Source of the DNA: an uncultured Gemmatimonadales bacterium
Lineage (GTDB): Bacteria > Gemmatimonadota > Gemmatimonadetes > Longimicrobiales > RSA9
NCBI GenBank assembly: GCA_963798085.1
Contig: CAWCRS010000012.1
Location: forward strand, 32,986-96,985
Direction of reading: 5' to 3'
DNA length: 64,000 nt
The position numbers were made by a program, and so were the translations under genes. The notes under the pieces are model-generated. The model worked only from the letters and a program-made list of their open reading frames with translations, had not been told where the DNA came from and did not search any database. Below, piece after piece: positions 1 to 10,159 of this stretch (positions are counted from its first letter, which is position 1; each line of letters starts with the position of its first letter).

Positions 1-1350
1 GGTGGCGATCCCAACATCTCGGAGTGGGGCACCAGCAGCAACGACCGGCGCCACGCCTTCTCGCTGATTCTCGGTTATCCGTTCGCGCGCTGGGGCCAGG
101 TCACACTGGTGGGCCGCCTGACTTCGGGCTCGCCCTACACACCGCTCGTGGGCGGCGACATCAACGGCGATGGCTCGCGCAACGACCGCGCCTTCATCTT
201 CAATCCCGCGTCGGCGGCCGACACGGCCATTGCCAACGGCATGACCCGGCTGCTCGATGTAGTGCCCGCCGATGCACGCGCCTGTCTGCAGTCGCAGTTC
301 GGCCGCATTGCGGGTCGCAACAGCTGCCGCAACGCATGGAGCCAGTCGCTGGACATGCGCTTCGTGCTCTCGCCCAACATGCCGCAGCTGGGCCGGCGTC
401 TGGAAATATCCGCTGACCTGAGCAACGTGCCGGCGGCGGTGGACCAGCTGGTGCACGGCCGCAGTGATCTGCACGGCTGGGGCCAGAACCCGCGCGCCGA
501 TGCGACGCTGCTCTACCCGCGCGGCTGGGATCCGGGCACGAACAGCTTCAAGTACGAGGTTAACGAGCTGTTTGGACAGTCGCGCACCACGCGCTTCGGC
601 AACGGCGCTCCCTTCCAGGTGGTGCTGCAGGCCAGACTGTCCGTGGGCGTGCAGCAGAATCTGGGCGGCGCCATGGGCGCGATCGCCTTCGGTGGCGGCG
701 GGGACGGCGGCGGCCGTGGCGGCCGCGGTGGCGGCGGCTTCGGTGGGGGCGGTGGCTTTGGCGGTGGCCGCGGCGGCCAGGGCGGCGCCGCGGATGGCGC
801 GGCCGGCAACGCGGCGACCGGCGCCGATGGTCAGCCGGCAGGTCGCGGCAACGTCGATCCGAGTGCCATGGCCACACGCATGCTGAACAATCCGGTGCAC
901 ACGCTGATCGGCCTGAAGGACTCCCTGAAGCTGAGCGATGCGCAGCTGGCGCAGCTCCAGGTCATTTCCGACACACTGAACGGCAAGCTGGCGCCCGTGA
1001 TCGAAGAAGTGCGCAAGGCGCTGGCAGAAAGCCGCGACACGACGAACGCAGCCAACACCGCGAATGCACAGCGTGGCGGACGCGGTGGACAGGGTGGCGG
1101 TCGTGGCGGTCGCTTCGGTGAAGCCTTCCAGGCACTGCAGCCGAAGATCGACAAGGCGAGAGACCGCATCACGGATGCCGTGAAGCAGTCGAAGAAGGTG
1201 CTCACCAAGGATCAGTGGAAGAAAGTGCCGCAGAACATCAAGAACCTGCTCGACAATGGCGGCGGCTTCGGCCCCGGCGGCTTTGGCGGCGGCTTCGGTG
1301 GTGGTGGTGGCGGCGGCGGTGGAGGTGGACGGCGAGGCGGCGGCGGCTGA
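1..1350 (+). CDS. C-terminal part of a TonB-dependent/Oar-like outer-membrane protein with a helical and Gly/Arg-rich extension (5' partial)
   Basis: Frame 1 is open from base 1 (GGDPNISEWGTSSNDRRHAF...). SGSPYTPLVGGDINGDGSRNDR and RNSCRNAWSQSLDMRF segments are typical of Oar-like receptors. Confidence 0.7.
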   Translation, partial: GGDPNISEWGTSSNDRRHAFSLILGYPFARWGQVTLVGRLTSGSPYTPLVGGDINGDGSRNDRAFIFNPASAADTAIANGMTRLLDVVPADARACLQSQFGRIAGRNSCRNAWSQSLDMRFVLSPNMPQLGRRLEISADLSNVPAAVDQLVHGRSDLHGWGQNPRADATLLYPRGWDPGTNSFKYEVNELFGQSRTTRFGNGAPFQVVLQARLSVGVQQNLGGAMGAIAFGGGGDGGGRGGRGGGGFGGGGGFGGGRGGQGGAADGAAGNAATGADGQPAGRGNVDPSAMATRMLNNPVHTLIGLKDSLKLSDAQLAQLQVISDTLNGKLAPVIEEVRKALAESRDTTNAANTANAQRGGRGGQGGGRGGRFGEAFQALQPKIDKARDRITDAVKQSKKVLTKDQWKKVPQNIKNLLDNGGGFGPGGFGGGFGGGGGGGGGGGRRGGGG

Positions 1351-1401
1351 TCGCACGACGCCACTGGCGTAATCGCGGCCGCGTTCCGCATGCTTCATCA
1401 G

Positions 1402-1434
1402 GCGCGCCGGTTCCTCGAGGACCGGCGCGCTTTC
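1402..1434 (+). terminator. Putative intrinsic terminator hairpin
   Basis: GCGCGCCGGT(1402-1411)...ACCGGCGCGC(1421-1430) is a perfect 10-bp stem followed by TTTC, about 50 bp after the stop at 1350. Confidence 0.55.
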
Positions 1435-1464
1435 GTCAGCCCGCGCAAACCCGCATAGTCACGC

Positions 1465-2778
1465 ATGTCGAGCACTCTCGCGCGTACGATCAACTTCCGC
1501 GATTTCGCCCTGCTCGTGGTGGGCGCGGTCATCGGCTCGGGCATTTTCCTGACACCCGGCATCGTGCTCACCCAGGTGCACGGTGATGTCGGGCTGGCGC
1601 TGGCTGTCTGGCTGCTGGGTGGCGTGCTGTGCCTGCTGGGCGCGCTGACGTACGGCGAGCTGGGCGCGATGAAGCCGGAAGCGGGCGGACTCTACGTGTT
1701 CCTGCGCGATGCGTTCGGCCCCTTCGCCGCATTCCTCTTCGGCTGGACGCTGTTCCTCGCGATGGCGCCCGGCGCCGTTGCTACACTCGCCAACGCCTTC
1801 GTCGACTACCTGGGCGCACTGGTTCCGCTCGCACCGGTCGCCAGCAAGGCCATCGCCATCGGCATGGTGGTGCTGCTCGCAGTGCTCAACATCCGCGGCA
1901 CTCGCCAGAGCACAGGCGTGAACGGCGTCGCCACTGCGGTGAAGGCCACGGCGCTGCTGGTGATGAGCGCCGCACTGATCGCGCGCGGCCCGGGCCTCTC
2001 CGCGCAGGGCGCTTCGCTGGCCATTGGCTCATTGCGTTTCGGCATGCTGCCCGCCATCGCCACTGCCATGATCAGCGTACTCTGGTCCTACGAAGGCTGG
2101 CAGTGGGCCACGTTCTCGGTGGGCGAAACCGTCAATCCGCAGCGCACGTTTCCGCGCGGCATGGCGATGGGCACACTGACGCTCGTGGTGCTCTACGTAC
2201 TCGCCAACATCGGGTACGTCGCGGCGCTCGGGCCGGCGGATGTGATGAGCAGCAGGAGCGTCGCGGCGGCCGCGGTGTCACGGCTCTTCGGACCGGCGGC
2301 CGGCAAGGTCATCGCCATTCCCATCCTGATCGCGATCTTCAGTGCCGCAAACGTGGTGGTGCTGACATCGTCGCGCGTGTTCTTCGCCATGGCGAGAGAC
2401 GGGCTGTTCTTCCGGCGCCTGGGCGAGCTGCATCCGCGCTTCGGCACGCCCCACTTCTCCATCGCGGCCTTCTGCCTGTGGGCCATGCTGCTGGCGGTGG
2501 CCGGCAACTTCCAGCAGCTGCTCACCTACGTCGTGTTCACCGGCTGGATCTTCTACGCGCTGGCCGCCGCAGCCTGCTTCCGGATGCGGCGGCTGGAGCC
2601 GCAGGCGACACGTCCATTCCGCGTACCCGGCTATCCGCTGACGCCGCTGCTCTTCATACTGAGCGCGGGCGCCATCGTGCTGAATACCGTGTTAGCGCAG
2701 CCGCTGCAGGGCCTGGCCGGCCTGGGCGTGGTATTCAGCGGCGCGCCCGCCTTCCTGCTCTGGCGCAATCGTCGTTGA
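1465..2778 (+). CDS. APC-family amino acid permease
   Basis: 437 aa, about 12 TM. Motifs IGSGIF, YGELGAMKPEAGGLYVFL, SYEGW, SRVFFAMARDG, RPFRVPGYP. Confidence 0.92.
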   Translation: MSSTLARTINFRDFALLVVGAVIGSGIFLTPGIVLTQVHGDVGLALAVWLLGGVLCLLGALTYGELGAMKPEAGGLYVFLRDAFGPFAAFLFGWTLFLAMAPGAVATLANAFVDYLGALVPLAPVASKAIAIGMVVLLAVLNIRGTRQSTGVNGVATAVKATALLVMSAALIARGPGLSAQGASLAIGSLRFGMLPAIATAMISVLWSYEGWQWATFSVGETVNPQRTFPRGMAMGTLTLVVLYVLANIGYVAALGPADVMSSRSVAAAAVSRLFGPAAGKVIAIPILIAIFSAANVVVLTSSRVFFAMARDGLFFRRLGELHPRFGTPHFSIAAFCLWAMLLAVAGNFQQLLTYVVFTGWIFYALAAAACFRMRRLEPQATRPFRVPGYPLTPLLFILSAGAIVLNTVLAQPLQGLAGLGVVFSGAPAFLLWRNRR

Positions 2779-2801
2779 CCTGAGACCCGGACGGTTCCGA
2801 G

Positions 2802-4460
2802 ATGGCCGAGCCCTTCCGCTACCGCTGGTTCGCGGCAGGCGACTGGAACGCCTGCTTCGCACTGCTGCTCGACAACATGGTCAACCTGGTGGTCCTGACC
2901 AGTCTGCTGACGGGCGTGTTCGGATTCCCCGCCGACGTGATCTACACGAAGATGATCCCGGGCACGGCGCTGGGTGTGCTCGTGGGTGATGCCATCTACA
3001 CATGGCTGGCCGTGCGCCTGGCGAGGCAGCTGCGGCGCCAGGAAGTGACGGCCATGCCGCTGGGCCTGGACACGCCCTCGACCATTGGCATGGCGCTCGT
3101 CGTGCTGGGCCCGGCCTTCACCGGACTGCGCGCCGACTTCACGGCCGCAGGCATGGCGCCGGCCAATGCCGTGCAGCGGGCCGCGCTGGGCGCCTGGGCG
3201 GTGGGCATCGCGGTGATGCTCATCATGGGCGTGGTAAAGCTGGTGTTAGCCTTTGCCGGCGAGTGGGTGCGGCGCAACGTGCCCGTGGCCGGGCTGCTGG
3301 GCTCGATCGGCGGAATCGGCCTGGCGCTGCTCGCGTTCCTGCCGTTCATCGACATCTTCCGCGCGCCCGTGGTGGGCATGGTGGCGCTGGGTCTCGTGCT
3401 CTACACACTGGTGGCGCACATCGAATTGCCGGGCCGGCTGCCGGGCGCGGCCATGGCCGTGCTCGTCGGCGCGGCACTCTACTACGTGCTGGGGCCCGCC
3501 GGCCTGCTGGGCGCCACCACATACCACGCACCCGCCCTTACACTGCGCTTCACACTGCCTCTGCCCAGCCTCGCCGGATTCGGTGCACTGCGCGACGCGC
3601 TGCCCTACCTGCCCGTCGCGATTCCCTTCGGATTGCTGACCATTGTGGGCGGCATCAATGTGACGGAGAGCGCACGCGCGGCGGGCGACACGTACGAGAC
3701 GCGCGAGATCCTGCTCACGGAGGCATTCGCCACACTGGTTGCCGGCCTGTTCGGCGGCGTGGCGCAATCCACGCCCTACATCGGCCATCCCGCGTACAAG
3801 CAAATGGGCGCGCGTGCCGGCTATACGCTGCTGACCGGTCTGGTCGTGGGCTTCGGCGGCGTGCTCGGCTACATCTCGTTCGTCGCGGACGCGTTGCCCG
3901 TCGTCGCGGTGGTGCCGCTGCTGGTGTTCATCGGACTCGAGATCACCGCGCAGGCGTTTCAGGCGCCGCCGTCACGTCACGCACCCGCCGTCGCCTTCTC
4001 CTTCCTGCCCATCCTCGCCTACCTGCTGCTGATCCGGCAGGATGCGGTGCTCGGCGGACTGCAGGGCGGCATTGCTGCGGCCGCGGCGCAGCTGGGCACC
4101 CAGGCGGACACCATGCGCCGCATCGTGCAGGACGTGGCCGCGCAGAACAACGCGGACACGATCGTGGGTCTCGGCCACGGCTTCATCCTGACCGCAATGT
4201 TATGGGGTTCGTTCTTCGCGCTGATCATCGATCGCGCACTTCGGCGGGCCGCCCTCTTCCTGGCGGTGGCCGGCGGGCTCACGCTCTTCGGCGTGATCCA
4301 TTCGGCGGCGCCCAGCGGGGCGCTGTATCTGCCCTGGCGCTCGCCTTCACCGATGGCGCTGCACTGGGCGGCCGGCTACTTCGCGCTGGCCGCGCTGCTG
4401 GTCGGGCTGTCGCTCACGCGCGGCGCCCGGGCCGCGCACGCGACCGAAATGGCGGGTTAG
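2802..4460 (+). CDS. NCS2/AzgA-like (xanthine/uracil-type) permease
   Basis: 552 aa polytopic membrane protein. GDWNACFAL..DN, TAMPLGLDTPS, ESARAAGD and PYIGHPAYKQMGARAGY motifs. Confidence 0.7.
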   Translation: MAEPFRYRWFAAGDWNACFALLLDNMVNLVVLTSLLTGVFGFPADVIYTKMIPGTALGVLVGDAIYTWLAVRLARQLRRQEVTAMPLGLDTPSTIGMALVVLGPAFTGLRADFTAAGMAPANAVQRAALGAWAVGIAVMLIMGVVKLVLAFAGEWVRRNVPVAGLLGSIGGIGLALLAFLPFIDIFRAPVVGMVALGLVLYTLVAHIELPGRLPGAAMAVLVGAALYYVLGPAGLLGATTYHAPALTLRFTLPLPSLAGFGALRDALPYLPVAIPFGLLTIVGGINVTESARAAGDTYETREILLTEAFATLVAGLFGGVAQSTPYIGHPAYKQMGARAGYTLLTGLVVGFGGVLGYISFVADALPVVAVVPLLVFIGLEITAQAFQAPPSRHAPAVAFSFLPILAYLLLIRQDAVLGGLQGGIAAAAAQLGTQADTMRRIVQDVAAQNNADTIVGLGHGFILTAMLWGSFFALIIDRALRRAALFLAVAGGLTLFGVIHSAAPSGALYLPWRSPSPMALHWAAGYFALAALLVGLSLTRGARAAHATEMAG

Positions 4461-4469
4461 GAAAGAGGT

Positions 4470-4510
4470 TGGGGCCGGGCGTTTATGGCCTCGCGCAGCG
4501 CCCGGCCCCA
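4470..4510. terminator. GC-rich hairpin between convergent genes
   Basis: TGGGGCCGGGCG(4470-4481)...CGCCCGGCCCCA(4499-4510) is a 12-bp inverted repeat between the stops at 4460 and 4526. Confidence 0.5.
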
Positions 4511-4525
4511 GGAGGGGACTCGGTA

Positions 4526-5737
4526 CTACTCGTAACGGAGCGCGACAATCGGGTCGAGTCTCGCCGCGCGCCTTGCGGGCCAGATTCCGAAGAACAGGCC
4601 CACACCCCCGGAGAACGCGATCGCCATGAGCACCGACTGTGGTGACACGGCGGTGTTCCAGCCGGCCGACGACCTGAGGATCGCAGCCGTGCCCATGCCG
4701 GCGCTGACACCCAGAATGCCACCGGCAATGCACAGCGTCAGCGCCTCGACCAGGAACTGGAACATGATATCCCTGCGGCGCGCGCCCAGCGCCTTGCGCA
4801 CGCCGATCTCACGCGTACGCTCGGTGACGGACACGAGCATGATGTTCATGATGCCGATCCCGCCCACGAGCAGCGAAATCAGCGCAATGCCTGCCAGCAG
4901 CATGGTGAACGTCTGCGTGGTCTCCTGGAAAATGTTCACCAGCGAAGCCTGGTCGCGAATGCTGAAGTTGCTCGCCTGCCCGGGCTGAATGCGCTGCTGC
5001 CGGCGCAGCGCCTTGTCGATGTCCGCGATCGTGGGCTCCATCGTTTCCGGCGTGACCGACTGCACGTAGATCGATGAGACGCGGTCCGTGCCGAAGGCGC
5101 GGAAGCGGGCCGTGGCCAGCGGGATGTAGATGGTCTGGTCCGGATTGAAGAAGCCGCTCTGCTGGCCCTTCGCCGCGAGCATGCCGATCACCTCGAAGGG
5201 CGTGCCCTTGATCTTGATCGTCGTTCCGACGAGGCTCGCGGTCACCACGTTCAGGCGGGTGCCCAGGTCACTGCCGATCACGGCCACACGACGGCGACCA
5301 CGCTCCTCGCCGTCCGTGAACGTGCGGCCCAGCTCGATCTGCAGGTTCTGGATCTCGAAGTACGATGGCCACACGCCGACCGTCTGCAAGCTCGCGTTAG
5401 CCGTGCCGTTCGTGACCTGGAGCCGCCGCTGCATTTCCGGCGACACCGCCTTGATGTAGCGGCCCTCCGTGAGGATCGCCTGCGCGCCATCCGCGGTGAG
5501 CTTGCTGTCACCGCGGTCGACGCCACCCATGAACTGCTGGCCCGGGCTCACCGTCAGCACGTTGGGACCCAGGCGCTGCAGCTGCGCGGCCACCTGCCGC
5601 CGCGCCCCTTCGCCCAGCGCCAGCATTGCGATCACCGCGCCAATGCCGATGATGATGCCGAGCATCGTCAGGAACGAGCGGAGCTTGTTGGCACGGATCG
5701 CCGACAGCGCCACCAGAATCGTTTCACCAATGAGCAT
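4526..5737 (-). CDS. MacB/FtsX-family ABC transporter permease
   Basis: [60 protein letters not shown]. No nucleotide-binding domain. Confidence 0.95.
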   Translation of the reverse strand: MLIGETILVALSAIRANKLRSFLTMLGIIIGIGAVIAMLALGEGARRQVAAQLQRLGPNVLTVSPGQQFMGGVDRGDSKLTADGAQAILTEGRYIKAVSPEMQRRLQVTNGTANASLQTVGVWPSYFEIQNLQIELGRTFTDGEERGRRRVAVIGSDLGTRLNVVTASLVGTTIKIKGTPFEVIGMLAAKGQQSGFFNPDQTIYIPLATARFRAFGTDRVSSIYVQSVTPETMEPTIADIDKALRRQQRIQPGQASNFSIRDQASLVNIFQETTQTFTMLLAGIALISLLVGGIGIMNIMLVSVTERTREIGVRKALGARRRDIMFQFLVEALTLCIAGGILGVSAGMGTAAILRSSAGWNTAVSPQSVLMAIAFSGGVGLFFGIWPARRAARLDPIVALRYE

Positions 5738-5739
5738 GC

Positions 5740-7335
5740 TTACCTCCCACCACGACCACCGCCACCGCCGCCGCCACCACCACCCGGGCCACGACCACCA
5801 CCGCCCGGGCCTGTCGAGGCGCCAGGGATGGGACCATTGCTGGTGGCACGCTTGCGCATGTTGTCGAGGAATTCCTGCTGCGCCGCCTGCAGCCGCGCGA
5901 CCGAGATGATCACCACGTTCTCGCCCGGCTCGACGCCGCGGATCACTTCCGTGTCGTCGAAGTCATTGACACCCAGTGTGACGCTGCGCGGCTCGTAGCC
6001 GGTCGCGGTCTTGACGAACAGCACGGCCGGGTGCGTGTCACCCTGTCGTGGACGGCCCCCATTGCCGCCACCCCGACCTTCGCCGTTGCCACCGCCACGA
6101 CGCCCACCACCGTTGCCGCGGCCACCATCGGCACCCGCCGGCCGGCACTCGCGCAACTTCGTGCGATCTGCCTCGCTGATGTTCTGGAAGCCACCATCAC
6201 GCACCTTCTGCATGAGCGCGGTGCAATCCGCGCTCGCCGCGCCGGCGGCCGGCGCCTGGCCGGTCGGCGTCGTGGGATGCGCCGCGGAATCACCCGGCTG
6301 CTGCGGCTCGCCCGCGCCCGCATCGGCCACCGGACCTTTGCCGTTGCGCAGAGCCGTGCGCACCTGCTCTTCCGTCATGCCCAGCACCAGGCCGGCGGCC
6401 GGCGCGTCACGCGTGCTGACCACCGCGGAGTTGGGGACCACGATCACGTTGGCACGGTGCGCAACCTGGATCTCGACATCCGCGTTCATGCCCACCTTGA
6501 GCAGGCCTTCGCTGTTGTCCAGCTCGACCAGCACAGGGAACATGGTGACGTTCTGATCGATGACGGCCTGCGGCTCGATCTTCTTTACCTGGCCGTTGAA
6601 GCGCCGCTGCGGATAGGCCTCGACCGACACGCTCACCGGCAGGCCCGGCTGGATCTTGCCCAGGTCGGTTTCATCCACGAGCGCCTTCACCTGCATGGTC
6701 GAGAGATCGGCCATCGTCATCAGCGTCGTGCCGCCCGATACGTTCTGGCTGGCCGACGCGATGATCGTCCCGACTTCGACCGTGCGTGTGATGATCGTGC
6801 CCGCACTGGGCGCCGTGATGCGCACGTCCTTCTGCTTCTCCTCGGCGAGCTGCAGCGCCGTCTTCGCCTTGACGAGCGCGGCCCTGGAGTTGGCCTCGTC
6901 CAGCTTGGCCGATTCCAGCTCCTGCTCGGTCGCCACGTTCGCCTTGCGCAGCTCTTCGGTGCGCGCACGTTGCGCGACCGATGTCGTCAGCCTGGCCTCC
7001 GCCACGTCGGCATCGGCCTTGGCCTGCTCATATGCGTTGTTCACGTCGCGGGGATCGATCTCCGCGAGCAGGTCACCGGAGTTGACGTGGATCCCGGTCT
7101 CCACGGGCAGCTTCAGGACTTCGCCGGACGCCTTGGACTTCACCTCGACCACGCGGATCGGCTGGATCGTGCCCGATGCTTCCGCCTTGATGTCGAGATC
7201 ACGACGCTCGACTGTGGCGAACTCGGGCGCGGCCGCCGACTTCTGCTCAGCCTGCCCCTTGTTGCCGCAGCCCCACGCCGTAACCGTGGTGACCATGAGC
7301 GCCGCTGCAAACGTGCAGCGCATTCCTCTGTTCAA
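5740..7335 (-). CDS. MacA-like periplasmic adaptor (membrane fusion protein)
   Basis: TTG start with GGAGGT RBS. ASGTIQP..VEVKSKASG lipoyl-like motif, coiled coil, ITAPSAG, VDETDLGKI, LKVGMNADV. Confidence 0.92.
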   Translation of the reverse strand: MNRGMRCTFAAALMVTTVTAWGCGNKGQAEQKSAAAPEFATVERRDLDIKAEASGTIQPIRVVEVKSKASGEVLKLPVETGIHVNSGDLLAEIDPRDVNNAYEQAKADADVAEARLTTSVAQRARTEELRKANVATEQELESAKLDEANSRAALVKAKTALQLAEEKQKDVRITAPSAGTIITRTVEVGTIIASASQNVSGGTTLMTMADLSTMQVKALVDETDLGKIQPGLPVSVSVEAYPQRRFNGQVKKIEPQAVIDQNVTMFPVLVELDNSEGLLKVGMNADVEIQVAHRANVIVVPNSAVVSTRDAPAAGLVLGMTEEQVRTALRNGKGPVADAGAGEPQQPGDSAAHPTTPTGQAPAAGAASADCTALMQKVRDGGFQNISEADRTKLRECRPAGADGGRGNGGGRRGGGNGEGRGGGNGGRPRQGDTHPAVLFVKTATGYEPRSVTLGVNDFDDTEVIRGVEPGENVVIISVARLQAAQQEFLDNMRKRATSNGPIPGASTGPGGGGRGPGGGGGGGGGGRGGR

Positions 7336-7407
7336 GATCCACCTCCCAGGGTGTACATCGGCCCCGCCTCAGGGCAGGGACCGCCAGTATGCGTTGCTAA
7401 CGGTTGC

Positions 7408-8739
7408 TTACAGTTCCCTGCCGACCAGTGATTCCAGCTGCGCCCGCGCCACCAGGTAGTCGTAACGCGCGCGGATCAGGTTGAGCTGTGCGCTCACCAG
7501 TGAAGCCTGCGACGTGATCTGGTCGAGAATCGTCGCCGCGCCCAGCTGATACCGGGTCTGGTTCACGCGCAGGTCTTCCTGCGCCACATCCACTGCCTGA
7601 CGGGCAATGGTGATCTGCTGCTCGGCGAGGCGCACCGCATCAATGGCACTGCGCACACTCGCCCTCGCCTGCCGGCGGGCATCTTCCAGCTGCGCCTGCG
7701 AATTGCGCAGATTCACGCGCGCCCGCTCGTTCGTATCCTCGCGACTGAATCGGTCGAACAGATTGTAGGACAGCGAGAGACTCGTGCTCCAGCTGCGGTT
7801 CAGGTGCGTGAACGACGGGTTGTCGTTGTTGAACGTGTAGTTGCCCGACGCGCGCAGTGAGGGGAAATAGGCGGCGCGCGCGACACTCACGCCCGCATCC
7901 GTGGCGCGCACGGACGCCTGCGCGGTCACCACGGCAGGCGACTGATCGATGGCAAGCTTCACCAGCTCGTCATCGCTGAGCGGCAGTGGCTGCGGCTCGG
8001 TGTTCGTGCTGAGGTCCACCGCGACCGGCCCGTCAATGCCGATCATGGCGCCCAGCCTGTAGGAATCGGCGCGCCGCGCGTTCTGCGCCTGCAGCAGCGC
8101 CTGCTGCGCCTGCATGGCGGCGAGCTGCGCACGCAGCGAGTCGGAGCGTGTGGCCGAGCCCACCGCGAGCCGCTGCTCGGCTGCGCGCAGGCCCTGCATG
8201 GCCTGATCGAGCGCGGCCTGCTGCGACCGAATCGTCTCTTCGTCGCGAATCACGTTGAAGTAGGTCGACTTGGTGTCCAGCACGACCTGGAAACGCTGCT
8301 GCACGAGGGACGCTTCCGCGGACGCCGTGTTGGCGCGGTTCTGGTTCAGCTGCGCGCCGCGGCGGAAACCGGTGAACAGGTCGATGCTCGACGAGATGTT
8401 GGCGTTGTAGCTGTCATTCGAGCCGCTGCTGACCACCGTGTTGGTGGTCGGGTTGAAGCGCGAGTTGCTGGACAGCGAGGCGCCGCTGCCGAACGAGAGG
8501 TTGGGCAGGAACGCACCCATGGCCGTGCGTTCGGCGGATTCCGATGTGGCGATCGTGCCCTGGCGCTGAACCATGGTGGGGTTCACGCGCAACGCCAGCT
8601 CAATGGCTTCGGACAGGGTGACCGTTCGCGTCTGCTGCGCCGTGCTCTCCTGCTGTGCACCGGCGGACGCCGCAAAAACCAGCAAGGCGAGCGGCACTGC
8701 CGCGCGCGTCGTCGTCTTCATTTTCCGTATTCCCATCAT
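7408..8739 (-). CDS. TolC-family outer-membrane channel
   Basis: Signal peptide, TLSEAIELALRVNP, two repeated halves (FLPNLSF / YFPSLRA), RYQLGAATILD, ARYDYLVARAQL. Confidence 0.93.
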   Translation of the reverse strand: MMGIRKMKTTTRAAVPLALLVFAASAGAQQESTAQQTRTVTLSEAIELALRVNPTMVQRQGTIATSESAERTAMGAFLPNLSFGSGASLSSNSRFNPTTNTVVSSGSNDSYNANISSSIDLFTGFRRGAQLNQNRANTASAEASLVQQRFQVVLDTKSTYFNVIRDEETIRSQQAALDQAMQGLRAAEQRLAVGSATRSDSLRAQLAAMQAQQALLQAQNARRADSYRLGAMIGIDGPVAVDLSTNTEPQPLPLSDDELVKLAIDQSPAVVTAQASVRATDAGVSVARAAYFPSLRASGNYTFNNDNPSFTHLNRSWSTSLSLSYNLFDRFSREDTNERARVNLRNSQAQLEDARRQARASVRSAIDAVRLAEQQITIARQAVDVAQEDLRVNQTRYQLGAATILDQITSQASLVSAQLNLIRARYDYLVARAQLESLVGREL

Positions 8740-9248
8740 GGGTGCCGTGGTGGCCCGAACGGGCCGCGTCCATCGCGGCCGCCCTGGCGGTTGTCTCCGT
8801 TCTGCTGCGGCGTACCGCAGCGCTGCCTGCGCTCCTCGCGGCGCACTGAATCACGGCGCGCCCACTCGGTGCGACGGCGGTCCATCTCGGTCCGCTGCTC
8901 GGGCGTCAGGATGGTGCGGATGTCGGCGCGAGTACCCTCGATGATCGAGTCCCAGCGCGGGCGATACGACTGCCAGAGCGAATCCGTGCGCGTGCGCGAC
9001 TTCTGCAGCACGCCCTGGATCTGTGCGCTCTGCCCGTCGGACAGACCGAGGTCGTCGTAGGGCGTGTGGCCGGACGCCGGCCGGCCGCAGTCATCCACCC
9101 GCCGATCCGGCTGCTGCGTGCGCGGATCCGGATCCTTGCTGCGACGCACGCGTTCCACCGCTACGCCGCCCATGGCACCGGCCGCGAATGTCAGCAGCAG
9201 CGCGACTACGCCCAGCAGCTGGAGCCGACCGCCCTTGGCCAGACTCAC
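8736..9248 (-). CDS. Membrane-anchored Spy/CpxP-like periplasmic protein
   Basis: N-terminal TM, LGLSDGQ and ILTPEQR (LTxxQ) motifs. Overlaps both neighbours by 4 nt. Confidence 0.7.
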   Translation of the reverse strand: MSLAKGGRLQLLGVVALLLTFAAGAMGGVAVERVRRSKDPDPRTQQPDRRVDDCGRPASGHTPYDDLGLSDGQSAQIQGVLQKSRTRTDSLWQSYRPRWDSIIEGTRADIRTILTPEQRTEMDRRRTEWARRDSVRREERRQRCGTPQQNGDNRQGGRDGRGPFGPPRHP

Positions 9249-9595
9249 TGGTTGCCGCCCTCCAGAGCGACGAGCAGGTCAGCGGTCGTGGGCGAGCGGC
9301 CCTCTTCGAGCCATGCCTGGACCGGCTCGTTCACGCCGATCACACGCACCACCGGCACCCACGTCTGCTGCGGGCGGATGAGTGCGAGCGCGCCGCCGGA
9401 CAGCGCGGCCACGATCGAAGCGGCGGCCAGCGCGGGCCACGCCCAGCGACCCAGCAGGCCCAGTACGCCGGTGCGCGATGCGCGCCATGCCAGTTCCGGG
9501 GCGGCCTGCTGCCGGATGGCGCTGAGAAGCGCCTCCCAGTGCACCGCGTCCGTCGACGGATCCAGTGGCGAAAGATCCAGCCGATCCTCGTCCAT
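9245..9595 (-). CDS. Putative single-TM anti-sigma factor
   Basis: 116 aa with one TM helix, starting immediately after the ECF sigma stop. Confidence 0.6.
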   Translation of the reverse strand: MDEDRLDLSPLDPSTDAVHWEALLSAIRQQAAPELAWRASRTGVLGLLGRWAWPALAAASIVAALSGGALALIRPQQTWVPVVRVIGVNEPVQAWLEEGRSPTTADLLVALEGGNQ

Positions 9596-10147
9596 TCAAT
9601 CCTCCTTGCGGGTCTCTTCGACGCCGAGACGCTCGCGTACGGCACGACGAGCCTGAAACAACGTGTATCGCACGGTCCCTTCCTTCATGCCCAGCGCTTC
9701 GCCGATTTCGCGATGGCGCCAGCCTTCCAGATCATGCAGCAGGAGTACTTCGCGCTGCTTGTGCGGCAGCGGCTCCATCGCATCCAGCAATCTCTTCCGC
9801 AAGTTGGCCCGATCGAGGTCCGTGCCCGGATCGCCCGGGCTGCGCAACCCGGCTGCCCACTCCAGGGGCTCGCTGCGGCGGACCCGCCGCTTGCGGTGCA
9901 GACTGATCGCGCGATTGTGCACGATCCGCATGAGCCACGCGGCGAAACGGTCCGGCTGACAGCTGTCGATCCGTTCGAGCGCAGAGATGAACGCGTCCTG
10001 CACCACATCCTCAGCGTCCGCCTGCTCGAGCACTACGCTCAACGCGACCGCGTATGCCGGTCGCAGGTACCGCCGGGTCAGTTCATCGAAGGCGCTCGCG
10101 TCTCCGCCGCGGGCCCGCTCTACGAGAACTTCGTCCGGTTGCCGCAT
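9596..10147 (-). CDS. ECF RNA polymerase sigma factor
   Basis: DAEDVVQDAF, FAAWLMRIVHN, LPHKQREVLLLHDLEGW..EIGEALG..EGTVRY.LFQAR. Confidence 0.95.
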   Translation of the reverse strand: MRQPDEVLVERARGGDASAFDELTRRYLRPAYAVALSVVLEQADAEDVVQDAFISALERIDSCQPDRFAAWLMRIVHNRAISLHRKRRVRRSEPLEWAAGLRSPGDPGTDLDRANLRKRLLDAMEPLPHKQREVLLLHDLEGWRHREIGEALGMKEGTVRYTLFQARRAVRERLGVEETRKED

Positions 10148-10159
10148 CGACTGTCTATT

